Below, piece after piece: positions 12,826-23,569 of a DNA stretch of 64,000 nt. A program made the translations under genes and the position numbers. Source of the stretch: Gracilinanus agilis. Lineage: Eukaryota. Location of the stretch: NCBI RefSeq assembly GCF_016433145.1, contig NC_058133.1, positions 174,144,629 to 174,208,628 on the forward strand. Reading direction: 5' to 3'. The notes under the pieces are model-generated. The model searched no databases, had not been told where the DNA came from, and worked only from the letters and a program-made list of their open reading frames with translations. Within the stretch, counting starts at the first letter, position 1; the number at the start of each line of letters is the position of its first letter.

Positions 12826-14584
12826 ACTGTCAGAGAGAAGGTGCTTCATAAGTGTTGATTGATGGATTGATTGATTGTTTCAAGGAACTATATCTCCCAT
12901 CTTGCAACATGTTGCTTCCCCTCTCCCCCCCCCGGAAAAGAGGTGAAATGATTTGGTGTAAATGGAGTGCAATGATAACTCATTTATTTAAAAATATCAG
13001 GGAGGAAACTGTTGGACTTGGTCTATTTTCTAGGTACCTGAAGCTCACCTTGGTAAGCACCAACATTATTTTTTAAAATTCTAATAGTTCTAGATGTCAG
13101 CCGTAAGCAAATCATACCATTTCTTCCCCTCTGAAACACAGTTTTCATTAACTTGCCACTCCCCCTTCTTTATGCAGCTGCTACATTAAGCTTTCTAGGC
13201 CTCAGTTTCTTCATGTGAAAAAGGAGGAGGGGGTTAAATTAGATGATCTCTAAGATCCCTTCCAGCTCTAAATTCCATGCACCCATGAGCTCTTTACCAC
13301 AGCAATCAGATTAAGCTGCTTATGTGTAGATCTGATCATTTTACTCATCTGCTCAGAACCTTTCAATAGCTCCCAGTTGCCTAAAAGATCTAATCTAAAT
13401 TCTTAGTTTGGCATTGTAGCCTCTCTGTAGCCTAATATGTCTCCCTCCCTTTATAGCTTTGTTTCATATTTTTCCTCTGTCCATGTACACAGAATTCCAG
13501 CCTGAATGGCCTGCTTGACATTCTGCCCAGCCTGCACTTCCATGCAAAATAAGTTACAATGATATATAAAGTAAGAGTAAATGCTTCTGTGCAAACCAAA
13601 GAACTTTTCTATGAGAAAAATGTGGTTGTTGAGAGACAACATGTGTTTGTTCTCTTGTTCTTGGGAGGGTTCTAGGTAGTTGAGATTATCAAAAAATTGA
13701 GATGCTGGTGCATTTTAAAAATCCTGCCTGGAGCTCAATAGTTCTGTTAGTTAGAACATGGCTCGGCGCATAGGGCATTGGGCTTAGAATCAAAAGTACT
13801 CGAGTTCAGACCTGACCTTAGAAGCTTCTTGGTTTTGGAACTCTAGGCAATTCCCTTAAATTATCCATCCTTCAATTTCCTCATCTTCAAAATGGGAAGA
13901 GTGGTAGTAAACTCAGTGGCCTCTAATGTCCCTTCTAGTTCTAAATAAATATATGATTTCATTAGCCAAGGGAATCCATTCACTTTTGCATGGTTCTATT
14001 GCAATATTTTATTCCTACCAACTACCTTAAAAATACATTGTATGTGGAATTCAGATGGCTTAGGAAAACACATCTTTGCTTACTCAAGAAAAAAATTCAA
14101 AACATTTGTTGAATTGAGAAATTAATTTATTTTCTGTTAGATTAAGAGCACCTTCTTTTATATGGAGAGGACTACAGTTGTGGAGCTAGCATCATATTGG
14201 GGTACCATTAGCAATTCCATGTAGTGATTCTCTTGATGGAACTGGGAGCTGCCCTTTAATTAATAATAACTTATAATTTATATTTTTGTTATACTTTATA
14301 TAATTGTATATATCTTATAAAATATATGTGAACAATTTTCGAATATGCATTCATATATATTTTAAGGTTTAAAAAGTATTTTCCTCATACTACACCTTTG
14401 AAATAGATAGGGCAAATGTTATGATCCCTCTATTATGGATGGAGAAACTGTTGGCTTTGAGAAAGGCTAAATGACTTGTCCTACAACTAAGCTATGGGTA
14501 TCTAAGATGGAATTTGAACTCTTTTTCCAACCATAAGCCTAGCTTTCTTTCCTATATGCAGTGCAACCTTTTGAAATAAGATAA

Positions 14585-14785
14585 AGGGGGCAGCTATATG
14601 GCTCAGTGAATGGAGAGACGTAGAGACATGTGGTCTGTCCTGGATTTAAATCTGGACCTAGACTCTTCCTAGCTGTGTGATCCTTGATAAGTCACGTAAT
14701 TCCCTTTGCCTAGCCCTTCTGCGTTGGAACCAATATACAGTATTGATTCTAAGATGGAAGGTAAGGGTTTTTAAAAAAAAAAAAG
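14585..14785 (+). mobile_element. SINE1_Mdo-like SINE
   Basis: gggggcagctatatggctcagtg...ggaaccaatatacagtattgattctaagatggaaggtaagggttt plus A tail. Confidence 0.85.
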
Positions 14786-14809
14786 GAAAGAAAGAAAGAG
14801 AAGGGCAAT

Positions 14810-15050
14810 TTGGCTAGATCCCAGGTTGTCGCTGAGGAGTCCTGTGAAGATACAAAGAGAAGTTGGAACCAAGGTATGAAGGACTTTTAAAGCTAGACAA
14901 GGGAGATTATATTTATATCCAAGAGGAAATAGAGAACCACTAAAGCTGATTGAGTAGATGAGTAAGATGGGTGACATGTCAGATCTGCACTTAAGGAAAA
15001 TCATTTTGGCCTCAATATGTAGGATGGACTGGAGTGGGAAGAAACTAGAG
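14810..15050 (+). mobile_element. L2 fragment
   Basis: gagaaccactaaagctgattgagtag...gacatgtcagatctgcacttaaggaaaatcattttggc...ggatggactggagtggg. Confidence 0.65.
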
Positions 15051-16854
15051 GCAAAGAGTCCAAAAGGAAGAATAATGCTTATCTTAGCTAAGGGTCACTC
15101 CTAGGGCCTTGGAAAGCAAAATCCCATTGAATTTCCAGCCTACTATGAATTCCAATAGAACTCAGTACTTGAGATAATGGTGCTCTTTACCTGCCCCTTG
15201 CCTCTTTGGTTTCAGGTCTGGATCAGCTCTAGATCTTGGTGTATGTGGCCAAAGCTAGTGCTCAGACTTCTCCATATATGGAGTGCAGACCTGATGTCTA
15301 TTCCTAGGGTCAGCATTCTAGCATGTAACTTCTGGTTCATTAATTGTACCTACCTCTTCCCCACCCCCGAAGAGTGAAGATCAAGAGCATCCCTGGTTAT
15401 TTTGCTGTGAAATCCCTTTACAACTTAATCTTCTTGAGAAATGACTGGGGAAACTCCCAAGTAGACACATCATAATCTTTAAGCAAAGAAGCTGTTTGAA
15501 CAGGAAACCATGATTTGGAGTATATTTTAAAGTGATTTAAAAGGAATAAAATAATATATGTCTAATATATGTCTGTGGGCACAGTATTTTCTCAAGCCAT
15601 TGAATATAGTATAAAGGAACAAAACCCCACTACAACCTTTTAAGTTATAGTCCACTTTTCTCTCTCTAGTGGCAGCATGGTAGAATAGAGAACTCAGTGG
15701 TTTGGGGCCAGAAAATTTAAGCTAAAATCATGGTCTGCTATTTCCTTCCTTCATGGCCTTGGCACCTCCCTGGTCCTTGGTTTCCTCATCTGCAAAAGGT
15801 ATTAGACTAGATGATTTCTAAGGACCCTTTCAGCTCTAAATTCTATAATCCTATAATCTCTCTGCTGGTCAGACCTAGTCTAAATCAGGGAACTATATCT
15901 TTGCCATCCTATAGCCAAGGAACTGCTTTGTATTAGTAGGTGGAAAATGCTTTTTTTAGGTTTCTGGCTTTATGCCATAAAATGTTTTCCTGTATCATTG
16001 TTATTCTCATTAATAATGTTTTCGTAAAGAGGCACAAAATGACAGAGCCAAAAGAGTTCTTAGAGGTTATAGTCCAACCTTCTCACTTTATAATGAGAAA
16101 ACGTTCATAGAGGGATGAAATAACTTGTTCATGGTTACACAGCTAATTAGTGGCAGAACCAAGAACAGGACCCAGGTGTTCTAGGGTTCTTTCTACCACA
16201 CCAGGCTTTCTTTTTCATTTGGATATTACCACCACATCCTGGAAAACTCAAAAGCTTTTTCACTCTTCTAAACTTCCTCTGAAAAAAGGTTGAGGCAGAT
16301 TGAATCTGTCCAACAGAGTCAGTTCAGGTAGGAAGGAAGGTGCCCTCACTCCTAGGCCACAGCCTTTGCCAACTATCACCAGCCAAAATAGATTTGTTTG
16401 TCTTCCTACAGATTAGGGCTCAGGTATCACATCTTTATCTAGACTTTTTGTTGGTCAAGCTAAAAGTCGAACCTTAACTGATCAACCAATAACTATGGTA
16501 CTTCTCATACATGTACCCAGAGAACTTAGGCTCATTCGTGCACATTTTATAAGGATATGAAAATTGAGTCCCATTGTTCGGCACAATACAGCAAACAATA
16601 TCATCAACAGTGATGGAGTACCCAGGTATGAATTCAGCCAGACTGAATATTGCTTATTCTAAGACTTGGAGTGATTTCATATCAAGTTAGCTGTTTCTAC
16701 CCCAATCTGTATTCCTTGTTTCAGACATTCCTCAAAGTCTTCATGCCCAATAGAAAATAAATGATGAAACTTATCCATCAAAGATAGATTTATAGATGTG
16801 ATCTCTTGCCTTGAGTACACAAAACAATGTTCAATAAAAGAAATAACATATCAG

Positions 16855-17050
16855 GGAGAGCTAGATAGCACAATGGATAGATAGCTAGATAGCACAGCAG
16901 GCCAGGAATCAAAAGCAGCTGGGTTCAAATCTAGCTTCAGACACTTCCTAGCCTTGTGACCCCAGACAAGTCACTTAACTCCAATTGCCTAGCCCTTGCC
17001 ACTCTTCTTAAAATTAATACTAAGACAGAAAGTAACAATTTAAAATAAAT
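16855..17050 (+). mobile_element. Marsupial tRNA-derived SINE with a short head duplication (ctagatagcac twice)
   Basis: gggttcaaatctagcttcagacacttcctagcc...gcctagcccttgccactcttc. Confidence 0.8.
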
Positions 17051-17099
17051 AAATCACCATATTCATGGGAACCTTGCCCTATTTTTTCACAAAGGAACA

Positions 17100-17284
17100 G
17101 CAAGAATATTTCCTCAGAATAAATGTAAAGATCTACACTTTGGTTTAGAAAATCAATTTTATACTCACAAGATATGTAACTAAGGTGTTATTTCTGCAAT
17201 AAGAGATGGGGGGGAATTAATGGACTGTTAAGTTCAGCATAGGTCAAGGTTATGGATGGGATGGTCAAAATGATGAAATTTTAG
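17100..17284 (+). mobile_element. L3/CR1 LINE, left part (host of the ERV insertion)
   Basis: atggactgttaagttcagcataggtcaag is colinear with the L3 3' consensus and resumes at 19705. Confidence 0.7.
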
Positions 17285-18586
17285 GAAGATGATTTTATTT
17301 TGGGGGTGTTAACTGTAGGTTGCCTGTATTGATTTTGGCTCCTACTAGTTTGGAGGGCAAAATTTTTCACCTCCTCGATTTCTTTCTCTCGCCTTATTTG
17401 TTTTAATTGCCTTTTAAAATCAGCTATCATTTCGTCTTTGTCTGAGTCAGTCTGTCTTGCGATTCTTGCTTCTTTCTGTTTTGAGTCATGGATGTAAGAA
17501 GCATGTTGCCTTACATCCTCCAGTGGCAGTGATTCCCACTGTGGACAATTCTGTCTAAAGTAGTTTTGTATTGGGATTGATGTTCCCTTTACAAATTTCC
17601 TACGTATGTGGTCTATGGTGTCCTGGGCATGTGTATCTCGTAGACCAAGTATTGTCTCAGCTGCCTCAATTACTTGATCTAGAAAACTTCTTCTTCTTCC
17701 CCCGTTTTAACTTTTCAAACTTTTGCCAAGAGTTTGGTCTTTTTGCGTGAATTCTCATTGCCTCAAGTAAGACCATTCTACCCTGAATCAAGTATCTAAG
17801 GTTTGCATGCTGTGTGAAATCTAAGTCTTGGTGAACTAGTGGCCATGCTGTCAAATTGGGGTTCGTCCTTGTTTCATTAAGGAATTTTTCCTCTTCTGAG
17901 GAAGAATAAAATTCCCCTAAAAGAAATTCCATGTCGTCTAAACTTGGATTAAATAATGTAAACACTCTCTTTAATTCCCTGATGCTCTTGAAAGGTTTTT
18001 CGAAATACTTGGGAAAGCATCTTTTTAGGACCTCCATATCACTTGGGGTGAATGCTTTGTATGTTTTCACATGCACTACCCCTTCACCAGGCTGCACTAC
18101 TGTTCTGTTTACTATTAGTAGGAGAGAGACTGTGGCATTTGTGGATGGTTGGGTTTTTGTGGTATTGCTTCCTAGATACTTTGATTACACAATCTCCAGT
18201 TGGAGAATTGTGTGCTTATCCAATTCCCTTCCTTCTCTTAGTTGTTTTAGTGCTTGGAACAGTAGCTTGATGTTTGCTACCAGTTCCTGAGAATTATCGT
18301 CTTTCTTGGTTGAGATTGTATTGTAATAGTTACACAGGTGAGAGCATACGTTCTTTGAGACTGTTAGGAATTGCCAAATAGACAGGGTTATGGCTATGGC
18401 AGTTGGGATAAAACAAATGCGCTCAGCCAGGGTTAAGGCACACCATTTATAATAGTCATAGAGGTCTAAAGCTTGTTGCACAAAATTGGGGACTGTCTTG
18501 AACCAAAAATCTATTACACCTTGCATGAAATACCATGACATGATGGATATGGTAGATAAGATGAATGTTATTCTAGCCAGTTTCAT
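17285..18586 (-). pseudogene. gag: Retroviral Gag (capsid p30-like) with one in-frame TAA (18185-18187), one frameshift (about 17685-17703) and a 3' truncation
   Basis: YKAFTPSDMEVLKRCFPKYFEKPFKSIRELKRVFTLFNPSLDDMEFLLGEFYSSSEEEKFL aligns by eye with MLV p30 (YWPFSSSDLYNWK..PSFSEDP..L..V..THQPTWDDCQQLL..L...EE). The major homology region reads KFEKLKRG then shifts to FLDQVIEAAETILG; the shifted frame stays open (RRKFVKG...YFRQNCPQWESLPLEDVRQHASYIHD...) to the junction. ORFs 18185..18889 and 17666..18097 are in the same frame. Confidence 0.9.
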
Positions 18587-19029
18587 TTTGGGTATGTCAG
18601 AAGATATAAGGTTGTTCGCTAACTTTACTCGACAATTAATGTAATGGATAAAAGAGGGGGTACTCTCCTTCCCTTGCTGAGTGATGGAGGGGTAAAAGGT
18701 GATTGAGGTAATAGGATAGGAATGGAAGGGAAGGCTAAGTTTAGGGAGGAATGGACAAGGTGGTATTTGGATGGTAAGGGTACAGGTGAGGTATTCAGGA
18801 GAGGCAGCTAACACACCCAGGCTAGAGACAGAGGATATTGGGGTAATAGGCTGAACCCTTCCAGGCAGGAAAGGTACTTTTACAGACACAAGGAACAGAG
18901 CCAGACAGAAGTGGTTTGAATCTGACTTGAGGGCTTTCTTGTCAGTTTCTTAAGTCCTCAAAGGAGGAACCACAAGGCTCCTCCTTGTCGGTGAAATTGA
19001 AGGGATTCAGGAGGAAGCATTGGGCAACT

Positions 19030-19704
19030 ACTTCCTCCCAAGATGAATGCCTCCAGTTTCCCTCAGGAAATAAAAGAGAATTATTCTTTCCCCTTCACCC
19101 TTGCCTAATTTCTTCAATACATAGATTCTCCAGAGGGTTTGATTAAGTAACCAAAGGTTTATTAATGTTTCAGGATTGGTCTGAAGGAGAGAGGGGTTCA
19201 GGATTTCTGACAACTGCTATGGAGAAACTCAAGATGGGGGAGAGTCACAGGAATGGGTTAGACTAAGAGAGAACCTGCTCTCTCGACCTGGGAAGATTTA
19301 GCTGCCTTTTAAGTAGAGGGTATACTAAAGGGATAGTTTGAATTCAAGGATGTCCTACTTGCCTATTGAGGAAAACTAAACCCACAAAGTCTTTTCACTA
19401 AAAACCCAAAAGCCACCCTGCCTCCCAGAGCCCTGGGAAAACAGGCAGGGAAAAACAGGGAAATAATATGGAGAAAGGTCAGGGAAAGGTCCAGAGAAAT
19501 TAGCTAGGTACAGATTGTCCAAAGACAAGGCACAGGCCAAAGCAAACCGAAAGCCAAAATAGAGCTCTGGTTGATCCTTCCACTCTGTTCAAGCATCAGG
19601 GACCAACTGCCCTCTCTCAGAATTCTAAGGCTTCTAATTGCCAGAAGTTTTCACTTGGCCCCCTACAAGAGCAAAAACCTCTCTCTTGCATCTTTTGCAT
19701 TACA
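19030..19704 (-). mobile_element. 5' LTR of the ERV (3' boundary uncertain, primer-binding site not recognised)
   Basis: Starts with TG at 19704; TATA-like TACTTAAAAG at about 19306-19315; AATAAA at 19158-19163; short TTTCCCTG repeats in the U3-like part. Confidence 0.65.
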
Positions 19705-20215
19705 TGGGGTGGTCAAAATGATGAAATTTTAGACTGAATTAATAGAAGACAGTGTCCAAAATACAGGATGCAGTAGTCCCATTTGCTTAGGCCACATGTT
19801 GAAGAGTTGTAGATAGTTTTGATTGCCATATAAAGCACAGCCATAGAAAGGCAACCTAGATGATGGTAAATGCCATTTGAGGATCATCTGAAGGAACTGG
19901 TGATGTTTAATTTGAAGAAGAGAAGACTTTAGAGGTATGTGATACCTAGCTTCGAATATTTGAAGCGCTATCTTTAGAACAGTTAAGATTTGTTTTACCT
20001 GGTTCCTGAGAGACAAATGAGTAGAAGTTACAGAGAAGCAACTTTAATTCAAAATGAGAAAAAACTTTCTAACACTTAAGATTTCCTGACCAAAATCCAG
20101 AAGAGGATGTCTTGAGAGTAGGGAGTTCTGTGTTCCTGGAGCTCTTTAGGCAGAGCTGGAGGATCATTTGTTAGAAGCATTGCAGGGGATGAATACTTTA
20201 GATAGTTTGATGAAA
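19705..20215 (+). mobile_element. L3/CR1 LINE, right part
   Basis: aatagaagacagtgtcc...gaggatcatctgaaggaactggtgatgtttaatttgaagaagagaagac...gaaaaaactttctaac...ctctttaggcagagctggaggatcatttg. Confidence 0.85.
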
Positions 20216-20449
20216 TTGCCTGTAAGAAACCTGCCTGCTTGGAGATTCCATGATTCTCAGGTAGTTGTGTTCAAGAAAAAAGAATTCAGGGTGAAGATGT
20301 GTATGCCTCTCTGCATAAAAAGGCAAGTCATATTGAGGAGGAAAAAATTATTTCCTCAAAATCTCTCTGCCTGTTTTAAAATTTTGTTTTGCTCAGGGAT
20401 ATGGTGGAGAAAGAAATTGAGACTCAACAAAGAATTTAAGTAGGAGCAT

Positions 20450-20690
20450 CTGTACTTAGAGAATATAATACTTGACTTGCAATCAAGAAGACCTTAATTT
20501 GAATCTGGTTTCAGACACTTATTAGCTATGTGACCTTGGGTAAGTCATTTTACTACTTTGACTCAGTTTCTTTATCTATAAAATGGTGCTAATAATAGCA
20601 CCTATCTCACATGCTATTGTGAGGATCAAATGAGTTCATGTATGTAAAGAACTTTGAAAATCTCCAAATGTTATATACACACTATTATGG
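20450..20690 (+). mobile_element. MIR
   Basis: gacacttattagctatgtgaccttgggtaagtc...ctcagtttctttatctataaaatgg...tgtgaggatcaaatgag. Confidence 0.8.
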
Positions 20691-20990
20691 CTAATACTGA
20701 ATAAAAATATTAGTTATTATTAAATGCCTTTCTGAGTGTCACACAACAGAATGACAGCTCCAAAGGAGTACTATTTTAATCTTAATAGATACAAAGAACA
20801 GAGCCCTAACCTGTCATCTCTTTGCCAATGCTGATCCTCAAAACAGTTCCCACGAGGTAGTTGCTATCATCATCCCCATTTTGCAGAGAAAGAAACCGAG
20901 GCTGAGAATGGTTAAAATATTGCCCTGGTGGCACAGCTAGTAAATATCTGGGGCATGGTTCAAACTCAGTTCTTCTTAATTCCACATCTA

Positions 20991-21070
20991 GAGGAGAGGA
21001 GAGGAGAGGAGAGGAGAGGAGAGGAGGAGGGAGGAGGGAGAAGGGAGAAGGGAGAAGGGAGAAGGGAGAG
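20991..21070. repeat. Polypurine (GAGGA)n/(AAGGGAG)n tract
   Basis: Direct inspection. Confidence 0.95.
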
Positions 21071-22369
21071 AACACAACACTTCTCCACCAGGCTTCCCCC
21101 TCACACCTCTGTTCCCACCTTAAATGAAATAATTTTTAATTACTGCTCAAGCCAAATGCTAAGATGATTTTGTTTTCTTTTCCCATTAGAATTAGTCCTG
21201 AAAGTTTAGGATGAATGTTCTTTTTCTTAAGGGGAAGAAATCAGAACAGTGGGAAATTCTGGATAAATCCCTGGTTAGTCTTAACCTTCTCCTTCTCCTC
21301 CTGTGTGCTTACTTGGCACTCTTTGTCTTTGTGATGTCAGAGTAATATGTTATTGAGTTTGATTTTTTTTCTTTGCTGTTTTTTTTTAACTGGGAGTCTC
21401 TTCAGTGACCAGTCTAAACTAGTAATGCAAGATACAAAATGATGTTTCCTATATCAGTTGGGAATTTCATGGAATTTATTCTCATTTGACAGTCTTTCCA
21501 GATGGATCTGTGTGCCTGCCTTCCCAGGGCCAGTTATACTCCCTGAAAATTTGTTTTTTAGCCTTGATACCCTTAAAAGTAATTCCCCTGCTCCAATCTG
21601 CATCCAGGTCACTGTCCGTCTTGTGAGACTGAGTTAAATGAAAGTGGAGTCAACTTAAGTGCCAATTAGCAAGAGGGTTACCATTTCCTTATTTTGGTGT
21701 TTATCTGGAAAGACTGTTAAAGGGATGAGGGTGAGAACATTTCTTGTGAATGGGCCTGAGGGTTCAAATGTATTGGTTCAGTTTCTCAGGCTTTGGCATC
21801 TCCTAATCCCTAAGGGCAAGAGGAGAGGATGAGAGGTAAGGAAGGAGAAGAATCCAGGATCTGACCCTGCGCTTTTACAGGTTTCATTGTAAAAACTGAG
21901 AGGGTTTGGACATTTTGTGACTAATGGGTTTTGCAGAAGTGATTTTCCTATTGTAAGTGGCCCTCGGTAATATTCTTTTTGCAGCATTCAGCTGTCCACC
22001 ACCTACAAATGAATGTTAACTTCCATTCAGTCCAATTTGATAAACCTTCATAAGCTCCTGTTATTTATTTGTTTGTGCTAAATGTCAAAAAGGATGAAAC
22101 CAAAGCTGAAATGACACTTGCTCTCAGGGAGCTTCTAGTTAATTTGCCTCATTCAGCTGGTTAAATATTTTTAGAACCCTCCCTTTTACACTTCACTGGA
22201 AACTGACAGAAAGTAGTTTGTTGGTGTGGAAAGAGCCTAGATATGAGCCTCAGGTGACCTGTATGCTAGTCCTGGCCCTGGCACTAATTCCCTAGGTGAA
22301 TTTGGGCAAATCATTAAGCCTTTCTGAGCCTCCCTCTCTTTTTATATGTCAGTTTCCTCTCCTGTAAAA

Positions 22370-22780
22370 TCAGTCAGCAAACACAGATGAAGCCTTTTGT
22401 TATTCTAGGCACCAGAGACAGAAAGACAAAATGAATATCTCTTGCTCTCAAGGAGCTTATAATCCCCCTGCAGACACGGTGTATGCATGTCTGAGCTTGT
22501 TCAAAACATATGCAGAATAAATGCAATGTACTGGAGGGAGAAGACAGTGGAGGGTGGAGTCAGGGATAGGGAACAGTCAGGGAAGGCCTTGTGTAGAGGG
22601 TAGTGTGGAAATGAGGCTGTGTGCAGGACAGAGGCATATTCTAGACATGGGGCACTGCCTGGACCAAAGCAGAGGTGAGAGATGGAATGTTATATGTGAG
22701 AAACAGCAAGGTGGCCAGTTTGGCCAGAATATAGAATGGATGAAAGGGAGGAATTATGGATAATAAGCTTGAAAAGGTAG
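22370..22780 (+). mobile_element. L2 fragment
   Basis: cagtcagcaaacac...ctctcaaggagcttataatc...gaggcatattctagacatggggcactgcctggaccaaagcagaggtgagagatgg. Confidence 0.7.
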
Positions 22781-23569
22781 CCTGGAAAGAGTTCATCATG
22801 AAGCCTGTCCTAGTGTGCAGATGTCACTTTTCACTGTCCTCATCACTGGTGTCTGGGAGAAAACCTCCATATTGTTTGGTTCACTTCCCCTGCCCTATAT
22901 TTCTGTAAACCAGACTGTAAAAATAGTTATAGAATCATACATCTTGAGCTAGGAGAAATCTCATAGGTTAGTTTAGCTTCCTCACCTTCCATATGAAAAT
23001 GATGCCCAGGGTCATTAAGGGACCTGTCTAAGGTGACATTCTTCAGAGATGGAATTTGAACTTGAGTCCAGTGACTTTAGAGCCAGTACTTTTTTCATGG
23101 TACATACCTCGCCTTTTTTGACATTTCCCTTTGAGCTTTAATATGAAGCTCCTTTTTTTTTTTCTCTTCTTCTCCCTTTATCTTCTCTCTTAGATCCTGC
23201 ATTCCTATATGCCATTCAATTGTTTGTTCTTTGAATATAAAGGCAGCTACTACTTGTCACTTCCTGTCTGGTTTTCTAGAATCTCTGGGTCCCCCTGGCC
23301 ACCCCTTCTGATTGTGTCTGAGACCAGAATGCTCTGATTGCCATATTTCCTCTCAGTTGAGAACTTCTAAATTCAGTTCCAGACAGAGTTATAGGACTGA
23401 ATCCTCAGCCTTCAAGCAAAGAAAAATGTCTACAAGAGCATCTCATCTTCCCCCTTACTAACTGTAAAACAAATAGCTCTCTTGGAAGAAAAGAGTTTAT
23501 TCTTCCCTTGATGAACTCCCACCCCAACCCCTCCATGCAGAAGGTGAGCTCAGTTGGTACCACTTGTAC

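Larger units (their letters stand above)
17285..19704 (-). mobile_element. 3'-truncated class I (gammaretrovirus-like) endogenous retrovirus: 5' LTR, leader and gag; no nucleocapsid knuckle, pol, env or 3' LTR
   Basis: Gag p30-like capsid homology; LTR-like 5' block starting TGTAAT at 19704; flanked by a 28-29 bp direct repeat (17256-17284 and 19704-19732). Confidence 0.9.

Noticed and set aside
17931-18290. Plus-strand ORFs overlapping gag
   Set aside because: Antisense shadows of the gag frame.
18900-19060. Primer-binding site downstream of the ERV LTR
   Set aside because: No 18-nt match to a tRNA 3' end that I can recognise; TGGTTCC and TGGAGG starts diverge immediately.
20991-21070. Short-period repeats as CRISPR or coding repeats (also 45231-45275, 57866-57950, 61535-61622)
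   Set aside because: Simple microsatellites with no spacers, in eukaryotic context; ORFs crossing them are low-complexity artefacts.
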